Origin: a virus
Virus record (IMG/VR): IMGVR_UViG_3300045051_000531
DNA length: 64,000 bases
Reading direction: 5' to 3' (one strand)
Under the pieces are notes generated by a model. It ran no database searches. It saw only the letters and a list, made by a program, of their open reading frames with translations, and was not told where the DNA came from. The position numbers were made by a program, and so were the translations under genes. Shown here piece by piece: positions 19,367 to 29,335 of the stretch. How positions within the stretch are numbered: position 1 is the first letter of the stretch; each line of letters opens with the position of its first letter.

Positions 19367-20242
19367 ATGATCGCTCCTATCGAAGTGGCTCCGGCCTCGG
19401 CTCCTGGTCAGGTCAAGGTGATCCGCGTCAGCCAGCGGGCCCGGAAGCAGGTCGTCTTCAAGCTGACCGACGACAGCGGGAAAGCTGTAGATCTCTCGCA
19501 GGAAGTCGAGAATCCGCCGGCACCACCACCGAACTTCTCACCGCAGCCTGCCGCCACGGGCATCAACGTCCGGGTCCGCATGGGAACCGTGAATGGTGGC
19601 GAGCTCGGTGGCGTCATCGGCCCGATCAACGGGACCGTCCTGAACCAGGAACAGTTCCGCGGCTTCGTCGAGTTCATCTTGGAGAACAAGGTCACGAACT
19701 GCGCCGGCGTCTACGACATGGCCGTTGAGCGCCTCACTGTCGGCGGCCAGGTCGTCGATCGGTGGCCGGTTCTCATGATCGTGGAGCCACCGGCGATGCA
19801 GCTCATCGCTGGCACCGGCCCCCTGCTGATCCCCGAGATCCGGCTGGCACTGCTGGATCTCGACAACGGCACCGACGGAGCCCCGTTCAGCAATCTGCTC
19901 GATGACGTCGAGTTCAGCGACATCGAGCTCGTCTTCGCGATGCGGCGTGTCGTCCAGAAGTGGAACGAGACCCCGCCTCCGGTGGCGCTGTTCTCCCCGA
20001 TGAACTTCCCGTATCGGTACCGCTGGCTCCAGGCCACCGTCGGTGAGCTTCTCCTCATGGGAGCAGCCAGGTACCGCAGGAACCGTCTCGCTTATCAGGC
20101 CGGCGGCATCGCCATCGACGACCAGTCCAAGGCCACGGAGTACGAGGAAGTCGGTCGACTCAACCTCAAGGAGTTCGATGAGTGGATGCGGACTGAGAAG
20201 TACCGCATGAACATGGAGCGGGCCTGGGCCACGGGGATCTAA
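19367..20242 (+). CDS. Putative head-tail adaptor (neck) protein
   Basis: 291 aa; helical C-terminal half ending in AGGIAIDDQSKA; first gene of the neck/tail block; mainly positional. Confidence 0.55.
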   Translation: MIAPIEVAPASAPGQVKVIRVSQRARKQVVFKLTDDSGKAVDLSQEVENPPAPPPNFSPQPAATGINVRVRMGTVNGGELGGVIGPINGTVLNQEQFRGFVEFILENKVTNCAGVYDMAVERLTVGGQVVDRWPVLMIVEPPAMQLIAGTGPLLIPEIRLALLDLDNGTDGAPFSNLLDDVEFSDIELVFAMRRVVQKWNETPPPVALFSPMNFPYRYRWLQATVGELLLMGAARYRRNRLAYQAGGIAIDDQSKATEYEEVGRLNLKEFDEWMRTEKYRMNMERAWATGI

Positions 20243-21058
20243 ATGGCGGAGATCCGCGTCTTCAAGCGACTCGCCATCGACGTCTTCTTCAACCCCATCG
20301 TGACGGGCTCCGTGCTCGTCGAGTGGGCCCTGGAGAAGGACTTCGTCGCTGGTGCCGAGGGTCCCTTCACGTTCATCCTGGAACGTGGCTATGCGGCCAA
20401 TGACGACAACTTCGTTCCGGTTGCCCAGACCACAGATCAGCCCTGGGCCTACGACAACGACCCCCAGCTGCCTGACAAAGGCACCGATGTCTTCTACCGC
20501 GTCAAGCTGATCGACGGAGCTGGTCAGGAGTACCTCTCCCAGGCCACCGCGGTGGGGACCTACTGGAACCGCTACGACTACACCCTGGCTCGGGAGATCA
20601 TTCGGAAGGAGCACCTCCTGCAGCGCAAGCGTGCCGGGGTCCGTGGCTGGCTCCTGAAGCGGCGTGTCTACGGGGAGAGCTGCCCGGTCTGTGTGGATCC
20701 CGATACCGGCCAGATCAACAACCCGCAGTGCCCGGTCTGCTTCGGGACCGGCATCACCGGGGGCTACTACGACGCCTTCGAGTACTGGGTCATCATGAAC
20801 CCATCGCAGCGCCTGGGTAAGGTGGACGCCGAGCAGGGCCTCATCACGGCGACCATGGAGACCGTGCGGGCCATGGCTTATCCGCGTCCCGACATGAACG
20901 ATGTCTGGGTCCACGCGCACACCGATCAGCGGTTCCTGGTCCAGGGCGACGTCACCGCGCTGGCCCGGCACCGCGGCATCGACCTGATCCTGAACCTGCG
21001 TCTCGATGAGCGCGACCGTACCGAGGTCATCTACAAGGTCCCAGTTCCGTGCCAGTAG
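20243..21058 (+). CDS. Putative head-closure protein with CxxC..CxxCxGxG zinc finger
   Basis: CPVC and CPVCFGTG motifs; follows the adaptor-like gene. Confidence 0.55.
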   Translation: MAEIRVFKRLAIDVFFNPIVTGSVLVEWALEKDFVAGAEGPFTFILERGYAANDDNFVPVAQTTDQPWAYDNDPQLPDKGTDVFYRVKLIDGAGQEYLSQATAVGTYWNRYDYTLAREIIRKEHLLQRKRAGVRGWLLKRRVYGESCPVCVDPDTGQINNPQCPVCFGTGITGGYYDAFEYWVIMNPSQRLGKVDAEQGLITATMETVRAMAYPRPDMNDVWVHAHTDQRFLVQGDVTALARHRGIDLILNLRLDERDRTEVIYKVPVPCQ

Positions 21059-21219
21059 CCTACCGGACCCGCAAGAAGGCCCCACCAGCTGGGGACGCTG
21101 GCGAGACTCCGGAGACTCGCCAGAATATGGCGAAGAGCTCGGCGGGCTCCGTTGTTCCTAAGTTGGGTTCCCAGCTCGGGATCAAACGGATCCGGTTGAT
21201 CTCGCGTCTGAGGACCTAA
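21049..21219 (+). CDS. Small hypothetical protein (56 aa)
   Basis: GTG-started ORF that fills the gap and ends in TAATG coupling to the next gene. Confidence 0.45.
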   Translation: MPVAYRTRKKAPPAGDAGETPETRQNMAKSSAGSVVPKLGSQLGIKRIRLISRLRT

Positions 21220-22064
21220 TGCCGAAGCGGAATGACGGTAACGAACAGGATCTCAGGGTCCGCCCGACCCTCGACGCGAAACCGTTGGAGGCCGATAACC
21301 CGTTCACGGGGGCCAAGCCGCCGGACAAGGGGCCCTGCGATGAGCACGGCACCCAGATCGATCTCCCAGCTCAGCCGCCCTGTGGAACTGGTGGTGGAGT
21401 CGTTACGACCCCATCGGGGGTCACTCCCGTTGGCTTCGACTGGACCGACCCGTCCGACGTGTGCCCCCGCGGCTTCGACAACCAGACCGTCGACAAGCTC
21501 TTCATGCGGATCCTGAAGAACCACTTCAGCAGGACGGACTGCCGGTTCTACGAGGTCACCAAGCAGTTCGTGTACAGCGATGACCCCAAGGTCTCCACGA
21601 TCCGCATCGCCATGAACACCACATTCGACATGGCGTCCGCTGGTCAGATGCCGGCGATCGTGGTTCGGCGTGGTCGCCAGGAGTTCAAGCGGGTCGCCAT
21701 GGGTGACCGCAACGAGAGCATCCCCCAGGATGGCGCCAGCCGCGGCTACAGCCGGTTCCAGACCGGGAGCCATCGGCTCATCTGTGTTTCCTCTGCCAAT
21801 GGATTCGTGGAGCAGTTCGCGTACGAGGTCTTCGACCTGATGAACGCGGTGAGCCCGGTTGTCCGAACCGATCTCCCCATGCACGACTTCCAGGCTGCCG
21901 GGATCTCCGAAGTCGGCATCCTGGACGAGAACGGCAGCGCTTACGGCGTCAGCATCGATGTCGCCTACACCTTCGAGTACTCGTGGACAACACAGTACAT
22001 CGCTCCAACATTGGCCGGCGGCCGTGTCGCTTTGGCCGCCTCCCTGCTTGAGGTCAACCCATGA
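21219..22064 (+). CDS. Putative tail terminator/completion protein
   Basis: 281 aa directly before the sheath; beta-rich C-terminal half; positional call. Confidence 0.5.
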   Translation: MPKRNDGNEQDLRVRPTLDAKPLEADNPFTGAKPPDKGPCDEHGTQIDLPAQPPCGTGGGVVTTPSGVTPVGFDWTDPSDVCPRGFDNQTVDKLFMRILKNHFSRTDCRFYEVTKQFVYSDDPKVSTIRIAMNTTFDMASAGQMPAIVVRRGRQEFKRVAMGDRNESIPQDGASRGYSRFQTGSHRLICVSSANGFVEQFAYEVFDLMNAVSPVVRTDLPMHDFQAAGISEVGILDENGSAYGVSIDVAYTFEYSWTTQYIAPTLAGGRVALAASLLEVNP

Positions 22065-24031
22065 CGACTTCGACGGTCCCACGTACTTCACTGCTGCAGA
22101 ACTTCCTGTCGCTGCCTGGGGTCATCACGGACAACCTCAGGACGATCATTGTCGGCCCCGATTACGCGGTCAGGCATGACGGCTTCGTTGGGAACTACGA
22201 TCAGACCCTGGGTACCAACGCTGCGTGGCCTGGGCTTCTGACCGGCGAGACCGTGGATCTCGCGACTCCCGCCGTGTTCATCCGCAATGCGCTGGTCCGG
22301 TACTTCACCGATGGCACCGGGGTTCCCACGGGGGCCAATGGCGTCCAGAGCGGGACCACGGTCAACGCGATCCGGCACAACGCTGGTGCCACGATCTGGA
22401 CGGGCATCAACCGGACCCCAGCCCTGAATGTGGACGTCAAGATCGGCGACTACGTCTACCTGGCGAACTCCGGAGCCACGGTGGTCCTCAGGACCAAGGT
22501 GAAGAACTTCGGGTATCTGACCAATGAACCCAGGATCCTGATCCTGGAGGACAACCTTCCAGCCGGGCTTCAGGGTGGCGTCTTTTTCAACGTCACCATC
22601 GCCGAGATCGTTCCCGAGATCGAGCTGCCCACCGCTGACGTCACCGTGACGTCGACCAACGTGCAGGCCGATCCGGCGATCACCTGGGCGACGACGCGTA
22701 CGGGTTCCGCGTACCCAGTCATCGCAGGCTCCAACTTCTCGGGGTCCACGGCGTACTCCAAGGTCTACACGAACTATCGAGCCCTGCGTGTCGCGAATAC
22801 GACTGCGGTGATCGAGGTCACCTCGGAAACTGAGTTGAATGCTTTGTTCGTGGGCTGGCAGTACCCGGAGTCCGAACTCGGATTCGCGATGGCGCGGGCC
22901 CTGGCTCCACAGCTCACCCCGCCGGTCGTGCGTCCCGTTGTCCTGGGGGCCGCGCTTCCCGGGCTCCTGATCACGGACTGGGAGAACACCTTCAGCAAGC
23001 TGCGTCGTCGCCGGGACTGGTACGAGATCGCCCCGTTGAGCACGGACTCCGCAGTTCTCGCCGCGACGCAGGATCTCCTGGAGTCACGTACAGCGTCGGA
23101 TTACGTCAGCCACGCCACCGTCAGCTTGGTCAGGACCACGGAGGCCGAGCTGTTCTCTGGTTCCCTGGCGGTGACGCTGAGTGGCGGCGACCTCGTCGTG
23201 ACGGTGTCGTCAGGGCAACCGTTCCTGGCTGCGGTGCCTGGCGACGTCATCACGCTGAACAATGGCGACTTCATCGTGGCCAACACGAACAGCTCACAGG
23301 AAGTCGTTGTCACGACTCCGGCTACAGGTGCCACCACGCTGACCGCGGTGACCCACCCGTTCTCGATCCCTGAGCAAGCCGCGGACTACGGGGCCCGGGC
23401 TTCGGCGTTCAACACCAGGACGATGTCGGTGTCGTTCCCGGATCAGCCGACGTGGAATGGTGTCGTGGTTCCCGGGTACCTGCTGTCGGCTGCCATCGCT
23501 GGCCTCCGTGGCTACACGGCACCTCAGCAGGGTCTCCGCGGGGTCCTCCTGGAGACCGGGTGGGCGGTTCCGCAGTGCGCCTACGAGTTCCTGGGCGAAC
23601 TCGAGATCCTCTCCAACATGGGCGTCTTCGTGGTCGAAGCCGTCGAGGAAGCCCCGACGGCAGCGTTCGTGGGGTACACGAACACCACGGATCAAAGCGA
23701 AGCCATCGATGCCTACGAGGCCATGGTCGCCAACGTGGACGCCGTGAGGCGGTACTTCAAGGACGTCCTGTGCGCCTTCGAGGGCCGCAACAAGATCACC
23801 GCGCTGACACTGAGCCAGATCACGACGGCTGCTTCAACGGCGCTGGAGTACCTCCGCACGAACTCCGTGATCTCGCCGTTCGGGGCCATCATCGTCGAGG
23901 GCTCCGTGGCCCCGGCTTACCAGGACCCCAACAACGCGGTTCGCGTCGTGGTCCCGATCGCGGTGTCCATCGCCGCGGAGCTCCAGCGTGTCGACGCCGA
24001 CATCACCGTCACGATCTCAGTGGCAGGATAA
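22061..24031 (+). CDS. Contractile tail sheath protein
   Basis: 656 aa; sheath-like C-terminus (IAGLRG.., NVDAVRRYF, YQDPNNAVRVVVPIAV); followed by a 149-aa tube-sized gene. Confidence 0.8.
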   Translation: MTTSTVPRTSLLQNFLSLPGVITDNLRTIIVGPDYAVRHDGFVGNYDQTLGTNAAWPGLLTGETVDLATPAVFIRNALVRYFTDGTGVPTGANGVQSGTTVNAIRHNAGATIWTGINRTPALNVDVKIGDYVYLANSGATVVLRTKVKNFGYLTNEPRILILEDNLPAGLQGGVFFNVTIAEIVPEIELPTADVTVTSTNVQADPAITWATTRTGSAYPVIAGSNFSGSTAYSKVYTNYRALRVANTTAVIEVTSETELNALFVGWQYPESELGFAMARALAPQLTPPVVRPVVLGAALPGLLITDWENTFSKLRRRRDWYEIAPLSTDSAVLAATQDLLESRTASDYVSHATVSLVRTTEAELFSGSLAVTLSGGDLVVTVSSGQPFLAAVPGDVITLNNGDFIVANTNSSQEVVVTTPATGATTLTAVTHPFSIPEQAADYGARASAFNTRTMSVSFPDQPTWNGVVVPGYLLSAAIAGLRGYTAPQQGLRGVLLETGWAVPQCAYEFLGELEILSNMGVFVVEAVEEAPTAAFVGYTNTTDQSEAIDAYEAMVANVDAVRRYFKDVLCAFEGRNKITALTLSQITTAASTALEYLRTNSVISPFGAIIVEGSVAPAYQDPNNAVRVVVPIAVSIAAELQRVDADITVTISVAG

Positions 24032-24040
24032 GGATACCAC

Positions 24041-24490
24041 ATGGCTACTGCGAACACCTGTGTGCCCCGGACGCTCGAAGGTGTCATCAGGGGAACCAAC
24101 TTCACGATCTCCGGTATGGACGGCACCGCGCAGGCCGGTCTGGTGCAACAGTTCAACCTGGAGTTCAAGCGCAACCTGAGCCGGGTCTACGATCTCGCCT
24201 CGCCGAGCTTCTACTACATCGAGGGTCCCGCTGAGGGCACCGTGTCCTTCACCAAGGTGGTTGGCCCCAAGGGTGCCCCTAAGCTGGACTGCAGCTGTGA
24301 GGCTCGCGACATCATCTTGGATACCGGGCCCATGTTGTGCCAGACCCAGGGTGGCGGACCTCTCGGCGCCGGCGGCACCTTCCAGTACATCCTGAAGAAC
24401 GCGATGCCCTTCGGCCTGAACGGGCAGGGGAGCGCGGACAACTTCCTGATCATCTTCGGGGTCAGCTACCTCTTCAACGATATCCAGTAA
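24041..24490 (+). CDS. Tail tube protein
   Basis: 149 aa beta-rich, directly after the sheath; QQFNLEFKRNLSRVYDL. Confidence 0.75.
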   Translation: MATANTCVPRTLEGVIRGTNFTISGMDGTAQAGLVQQFNLEFKRNLSRVYDLASPSFYYIEGPAEGTVSFTKVVGPKGAPKLDCSCEARDIILDTGPMLCQTQGGGPLGAGGTFQYILKNAMPFGLNGQGSADNFLIIFGVSYLFNDIQ

Positions 24491-24503
24491 CCCAGGGGAC
24501 CCG

Positions 24504-26981
24504 ATGTCATATCTCGGGATCACCGGACCGACAAGCGGGCCATCGCAGAACAGCTACCTGTCAGCTGGGTTCTTCAACCAGCCGCATTACCTGGCTATCG
24601 GCACCGTGTTGCTTGGACTGCAGTCCGGGCAGTACTACGACGTCGCGCTCGATGGAAACAACGGACGCGTCCTGGCGTCCTATCTGGGCACAGGCCGCGG
24701 TCTCCTCGGGGTCAGCGAAGCTGGCGGAATCCTGCCAGGTGAGCGTGTCGTCGTAGCGGTATCGTTCGGGTCATCGATGCCTTCCGTCATCGTGGCCAAG
24801 ATGGACTACGCCAAGGCTGGCGACTACAAGTGGCCCTGCCAGCAGCTCACCTATCCGCAGGTCGCCGGCTTCGCAGTTGGCGAACGGATGTCGGGTCGGA
24901 CATACAGCGATTACCCGCGGCTGCAGACCATGACCACGGGGCTCGTCGACGCCCTCGACGGTGAATGGCACCAGCACAACATGTTCGGCGCCGGTGTCGG
25001 TGTCGAGATGTTCCGCAGCTATATCCGCGGTGGCCCAGCCGCGGGGTTGTTCTGCTACTCCGAAGACCAGCACGTCCGCATCATGGGCGCCAAGCTGGAG
25101 TTCGTGACGTTCGGTGAATCGTCAGACGACACCATTGTTGGGACCACGACGTCTAAGGTCGTCAAGCGGTACTTCTACGGTGGCGACCAGCTCGCCGGGT
25201 TCCAGGCACAGGGCTTCGATGCCTTCGGTCCCGTGTTCGGTGGCCACCAGGACATCGTGACGTACCCAGATGGGCTCAATGGTTCCGGCCCCAAGGAAGA
25301 CGGCTCCGTAGGTGAGAGCCGGGTTGCCATGATCCACGAGCATCGTGGGCTCGATGGCAGCTACATCCTGACCGCCGCGAACAGCTTGACGCTGCAGAAG
25401 TGGCTCGAAGTCGCGGTTCCCATCGATATCCGGGAGGCCTCGGCCGTCATTGCCCGCAAGAAGGCTGAAGCCGAGGCCAAGGCTGCAGCTGAGGCAGCAG
25501 CTCAAAGCGGTGAAGAGGAAGTCGTTGTCGAGGATACCTGCGGCTGCGATGCCTGCGAGCTGACCGCTGACCCGATCATCCCAGGGGTCACGGTTCCTGT
25601 CGAGACTCCGACGGAGCCTGGCGAAGAGCCAGAGACCTGTGTCCCGACTCCGAACAAGACCCGATTCACGACGTCGTCGACCCCGAACCCGCTGGCGTTC
25701 GCTATGAATGCGCGTGGGTTCGCGGAACGCCTCGTGATCTGGCAGTCCATCGGCGGCTTCGGCAACCTCTGCGATCAGTGGGGCTACGGGACCACGCCGA
25801 CCAAGCTGTACGGTGGCCGGACCTCCAAGCAGCTGACCTGGAGCAAGTCATCGGCGATGTGGAAGAGCATGCCGCAAACCGTCAAGCTGGCTCTGACGCC
25901 AGATGGTCAGGGCAAGCGGTTCTACTTCGGGCGCGCCCTGATCTCGATCACTGAAGATGGCTCCATCGTGCTCCAGGATGCCCAGGGCAGCCAGATCATG
26001 ATGTCCGGTGGCAACATCTATATGTCGGCGAACCACGACGTGATCCGGGTGGCCGGACGGAACCTGCTCGACATCGCTGGCCGCGACGCCGCACTTCGCG
26101 GTGGTCGTCACGTCGAGATCAACGCCAACGAGGGTCACCTGACTGCGGCTGCCGCTGGGCAGGTCAGCGTGGTTGGTGGCCGGGATGGTCACAGTGGCGT
26201 CATCATTGAATCCCAGGGCAACTACCACGGCACCAACGAGACCGGTGAGAACCCCGCGACGTCTGGTGGCGTCATCATCAAGGCTCGCGGATTCGTCGGG
26301 GTCAGTGCTGGCAACATCACGCTGCGGTCCCGTGTCGAAACCGGGTGGTCCGCGAAGGCCGACGGCTCCGGCTCGATCTCATTGGACTCCGAAGGTCCGA
26401 TCAGCTGGGGCGCCGAGGATAGCGGCGGTGGCTTCGGCAACATGGTGTGGGCCGGTCTCGGCAAGAACTCGTCGGACGGGTTCCGGTTCGGTCGCGGTAC
26501 CGCGGCGTTCAACTTGGACGTCATCACCAACAAGGCCCTGACGTTCCGCACGATGCGGCGCATCGCTGGCCGTGGTGCCGACGTCATCGAGAAGGAGTGC
26601 TACGAGGGCTTCGCGCGCAATGCCGAGCTCCGCGAGGCCTGGTGGGATTTCCAGAACAACCCGCTGTTCATGAAAGACGCGTTCAAGGTGAAGTGGCTGA
26701 CCTCGGCTCAGTACAACATGAACAGCACGTTGTACTTCCAGATCCCGGAGCCGGAGTGGCAGCTCAGGGCGCGGGATCACGTCGATTCGTCATCGACGAT
26801 CCTGAACTCGGTCATGATCGACCAGGACATCGATGGGACCTCACCGCTCCCAGGCAACCAGCGCTGGAACGACGGCATGGCCATCATCGAGTACAGCAGC
26901 CCGAACTTCAACACGACGCCGGTGCTCAAGATCTCCGTGGACAACTACCCGCTCGATGGTTCCCTCCTCAAGGGCATCTGA
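24504..26981 (+). CDS. Baseplate central spike (gp5/VgrG-like)
   Basis: 825 aa; OB-fold-like N-terminus and beta-helix-like repeats (SIVLQDAQGSQIMMSGGNIYMSANHDVIRVAGRN). Confidence 0.6.
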   Translation: MSYLGITGPTSGPSQNSYLSAGFFNQPHYLAIGTVLLGLQSGQYYDVALDGNNGRVLASYLGTGRGLLGVSEAGGILPGERVVVAVSFGSSMPSVIVAKMDYAKAGDYKWPCQQLTYPQVAGFAVGERMSGRTYSDYPRLQTMTTGLVDALDGEWHQHNMFGAGVGVEMFRSYIRGGPAAGLFCYSEDQHVRIMGAKLEFVTFGESSDDTIVGTTTSKVVKRYFYGGDQLAGFQAQGFDAFGPVFGGHQDIVTYPDGLNGSGPKEDGSVGESRVAMIHEHRGLDGSYILTAANSLTLQKWLEVAVPIDIREASAVIARKKAEAEAKAAAEAAAQSGEEEVVVEDTCGCDACELTADPIIPGVTVPVETPTEPGEEPETCVPTPNKTRFTTSSTPNPLAFAMNARGFAERLVIWQSIGGFGNLCDQWGYGTTPTKLYGGRTSKQLTWSKSSAMWKSMPQTVKLALTPDGQGKRFYFGRALISITEDGSIVLQDAQGSQIMMSGGNIYMSANHDVIRVAGRNLLDIAGRDAALRGGRHVEINANEGHLTAAAAGQVSVVGGRDGHSGVIIESQGNYHGTNETGENPATSGGVIIKARGFVGVSAGNITLRSRVETGWSAKADGSGSISLDSEGPISWGAEDSGGGFGNMVWAGLGKNSSDGFRFGRGTAAFNLDVITNKALTFRTMRRIAGRGADVIEKECYEGFARNAELREAWWDFQNNPLFMKDAFKVKWLTSAQYNMNSTLYFQIPEPEWQLRARDHVDSSSTILNSVMIDQDIDGTSPLPGNQRWNDGMAIIEYSSPNFNTTPVLKISVDNYPLDGSLLKGI

Positions 26982-26982
26982 C

Positions 26983-27615
26983 ATGGCTACGATCCCAACT
27001 GAATCCGAGCTCTCCGAGCTCATGACTGCGTCGCCACAGCCAGCCACGGAACAACCCGTGAATCGGCACAAGTTCCTGGATCGCAAGGCGCCTCCGGGCA
27101 TGCCGGATCCAACACCTGAAGTCGTCGAGCGGGCCCAGGTTCTCGTGAATGGTGCCGCCTCAGGTTCCATGGATTCCAAGCAGGTCGTGGAGTCCGTGAC
27201 GACGCAAGACGACAGGCTCCGGTTCCTGGCTCACCTGCTCGGCGGGATCCCGTACCGGAAGACCTACGAGATCCTGGGCGGTGCCCAGGCCGTGACGTTC
27301 ACGACGATCTCCGCTGTGCTCGACACAGCTCTCGCCAAGCTGGCACTCGAAGATGCCAAGGAACACCGCAAGGCGAAGTACCTGGACTACCTGATGCTGG
27401 CGTCGCTGCTGTCCGTGCGAACCGGAGACTCTGTTGTGGAGTTCGCTCCTGATGCCGATCCCAAGGCGTTCCGGGTAGCCTACGAGGCCTGGTTTGTTGA
27501 CCTGAACCGGGAGCAGTACCTCGTCCTGCGCGGCCTCTTCGACCGGTTCCGTGGTGAGCTCGATGCCATGCTCGGGAAGGTCGACGACCCAAGTTTTTGG
27601 CCGACCCCCTCGTAA
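26983..27615 (+). CDS. Putative tail assembly chaperone
   Basis: ATG 26983 directly after the spike-gene stop; 210 aa helical; ends DDPSFWPTPS with a T-run overlapping the next ORF in the -1 frame. Confidence 0.55.
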   Translation: MATIPTESELSELMTASPQPATEQPVNRHKFLDRKAPPGMPDPTPEVVERAQVLVNGAASGSMDSKQVVESVTTQDDRLRFLAHLLGGIPYRKTYEILGGAQAVTFTTISAVLDTALAKLALEDAKEHRKAKYLDYLMLASLLSVRTGDSVVEFAPDADPKAFRVAYEAWFVDLNREQYLVLRGLFDRFRGELDAMLGKVDDPSFWPTPS

Positions 27616-27986
27616 CCGCGACCGTTGACGCCGTTACCAGGGGGTACCTGGATCTCAGGACCTACGAGGACACCCCGCGCTGGTGGGCCCAGGCCCGGTT
27701 GCGGATCCGGGCTTCGAAGCGGGTCACCGACATCGCCACGGCGACCCTGGAAGCCCAGCGGCTCATCGCCGAGGTAGCCGTGCCTGGGATCCGCATCGAA
27801 GAGGCTCGCCGCGTCGCCAAGGACGCCGTGCAGGTCGTCCGGGATCTCATGTACCCCTGGGCGAACGGGTTGCCGGCCGGCGGGGGTGACGATCTCGACC
27901 TTTTGGCGCGCTGGTATATCCTGAATGCTCCAGACCGTCTCCGTGCCCTTGGAGTAGACTTTGGCCCGCTTGAACCCACTTCTTGA
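27597..27986 (+). CDS. Hypothetical protein, possible -1 frameshift extension of the chaperone
   Basis: Only a TTG start with no SD, inside GTTTTTG at 27593-27599; coding-like GC3. Confidence 0.55.
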   Translation: MADPLVTATVDAVTRGYLDLRTYEDTPRWWAQARLRIRASKRVTDIATATLEAQRLIAEVAVPGIRIEEARRVAKDAVQVVRDLMYPWANGLPAGGGDDLDLLARWYILNAPDRLRALGVDFGPLEPTS

Positions 27987-28371
27987 CGGAGAGCCTGAGG
28001 ATTACGACCCCTTGGCCGGTGCCGAGGCCCCCTCTGGCGATTCCGCGCCAGCGGCCAAAATGAACCCACTGCTGGATGAGGTCTCCAAGCCCGGAGTTCC
28101 TCAGAAACCAGATATCGAGGTACGTCGTCCCGATGCCAGTAACGCCGCGGCCACGCTCGCCACAGAACTCACACAGCCGGGCACGCGAACGTCGCCCGCG
28201 GAGGCCGCGATGCGTCCGCGCTCAGAACCAGAAGCCGTGAAGCCGGCGCCACCTCAGGAGGCCAAGCCGGATCCCCGCATCGACGCCTTGATGCGCGAGC
28301 AGGTCGGCCTGAACTTCAAACCGCTGATCACGCGACGCGGCTCACTTCGCGAAGGGCCAGGAGTCGGCTAA
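27961..28371 (+). CDS. Hypothetical low-complexity protein
   Basis: 136 aa; NPLLD occurs twice; TAATG coupling downstream. Confidence 0.6.
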   Translation: MARLNPLLDGEPEDYDPLAGAEAPSGDSAPAAKMNPLLDEVSKPGVPQKPDIEVRRPDASNAAATLATELTQPGTRTSPAEAAMRPRSEPEAVKPAPPQEAKPDPRIDALMREQVGLNFKPLITRRGSLREGPGVG

Positions 28372-28886
28372 TGGCACTCATCACCGGTTGCAGTGGAGCC
28401 AACGGACGCCTGATCCGCGTCAACGCGCAGGTCGCCCTGCCGCTGACGCTGTCGTTGTCGTATCCGTCCACGACGGGTGGGACGACCGAAGGAGTCCCCG
28501 GGACCCAGCTGAACAACAGCGGGCAGACCGTCCTGAGCCAGATCGGTGTGGTCACCAGGTTGCGCGCCAGCCAAGAGGTCGCCGCACAGTTTCAGAACGC
28601 GTTGACCGATGTGATCTACATTACGCCGTTCGGCGACAAGCCTGGAACCATCGAGCTCACGTTTGTCGCCAATAGGTCCTGCGACGGTTCCAACGGCGCC
28701 GGCCTCGGGGTCATCCAGCACTACCTGGATCGTCGCCTGATGCCGTTGGCCAACAAGCGCCCCGCCACCATCATCATTGGCCCCGGCGTGTTCCGGAGCT
28801 ACTTGATCAGCATGGTCATCGACGCTGAGTCCAGCGGAGTCCAGCTCGTCCAGGGAACCCTTGTCTTCCGCGGGTGGCCACAGTGA
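28371..28886 (+). CDS. Putative tail-tube initiator/baseplate protein
   Basis: 171 aa beta-rich, tube-like (YITPFGDKPGTIELTF); positional. Confidence 0.5.
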   Translation: MALITGCSGANGRLIRVNAQVALPLTLSLSYPSTTGGTTEGVPGTQLNNSGQTVLSQIGVVTRLRASQEVAAQFQNALTDVIYITPFGDKPGTIELTFVANRSCDGSNGAGLGVIQHYLDRRLMPLANKRPATIIIGPGVFRSYLISMVIDAESSGVQLVQGTLVFRGWPQ

Positions 28887-29335
28887 TCAACAGCTTCTTG
28901 GTGACGTTGACGAACACGGAGACCCCGCCGGTGAATCCGAACAGCACAGGCGGCAACGTCCTGTGGCCGGATAACGTGCTCGTGAAGACCTACACGGGTC
29001 CCGCTGAGCTCGCCCGCACCGTGCTGTTCGACAACGAGTCCGACGACCTGAAACGGTTCCTGACTGCGATCCAGCTGCTGTGGGTCGTCGAGAACAGCGT
29101 ACTGGCTCCGCTCATCACAGCTGATGACCCCAGGATCTCGTACACCAAGGAGCAGCTTCTCGGGCAGTTCACCATGGCGGTCTATACGCCGCAGCAGATC
29201 TCCAGGATTCTGGGTTCATTCGACGACATCCCAGCGTTGCAGTTCTTGCAGGGCGACCTCCTGGTGACCTACCGCAGCGCGTTGTCTCGCATGGACAAGC
29301 TGGCCGCCATTATCTCGTACTTCGGGGTTCGCTGA
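28883..29335 (+). CDS. Hypothetical baseplate-region protein
   Basis: GTGA overlap start at 28883; 150 aa. Confidence 0.65.
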   Translation: MINSFLVTLTNTETPPVNPNSTGGNVLWPDNVLVKTYTGPAELARTVLFDNESDDLKRFLTAIQLLWVVENSVLAPLITADDPRISYTKEQLLGQFTMAVYTPQQISRILGSFDDIPALQFLQGDLLVTYRSALSRMDKLAAIISYFGVR

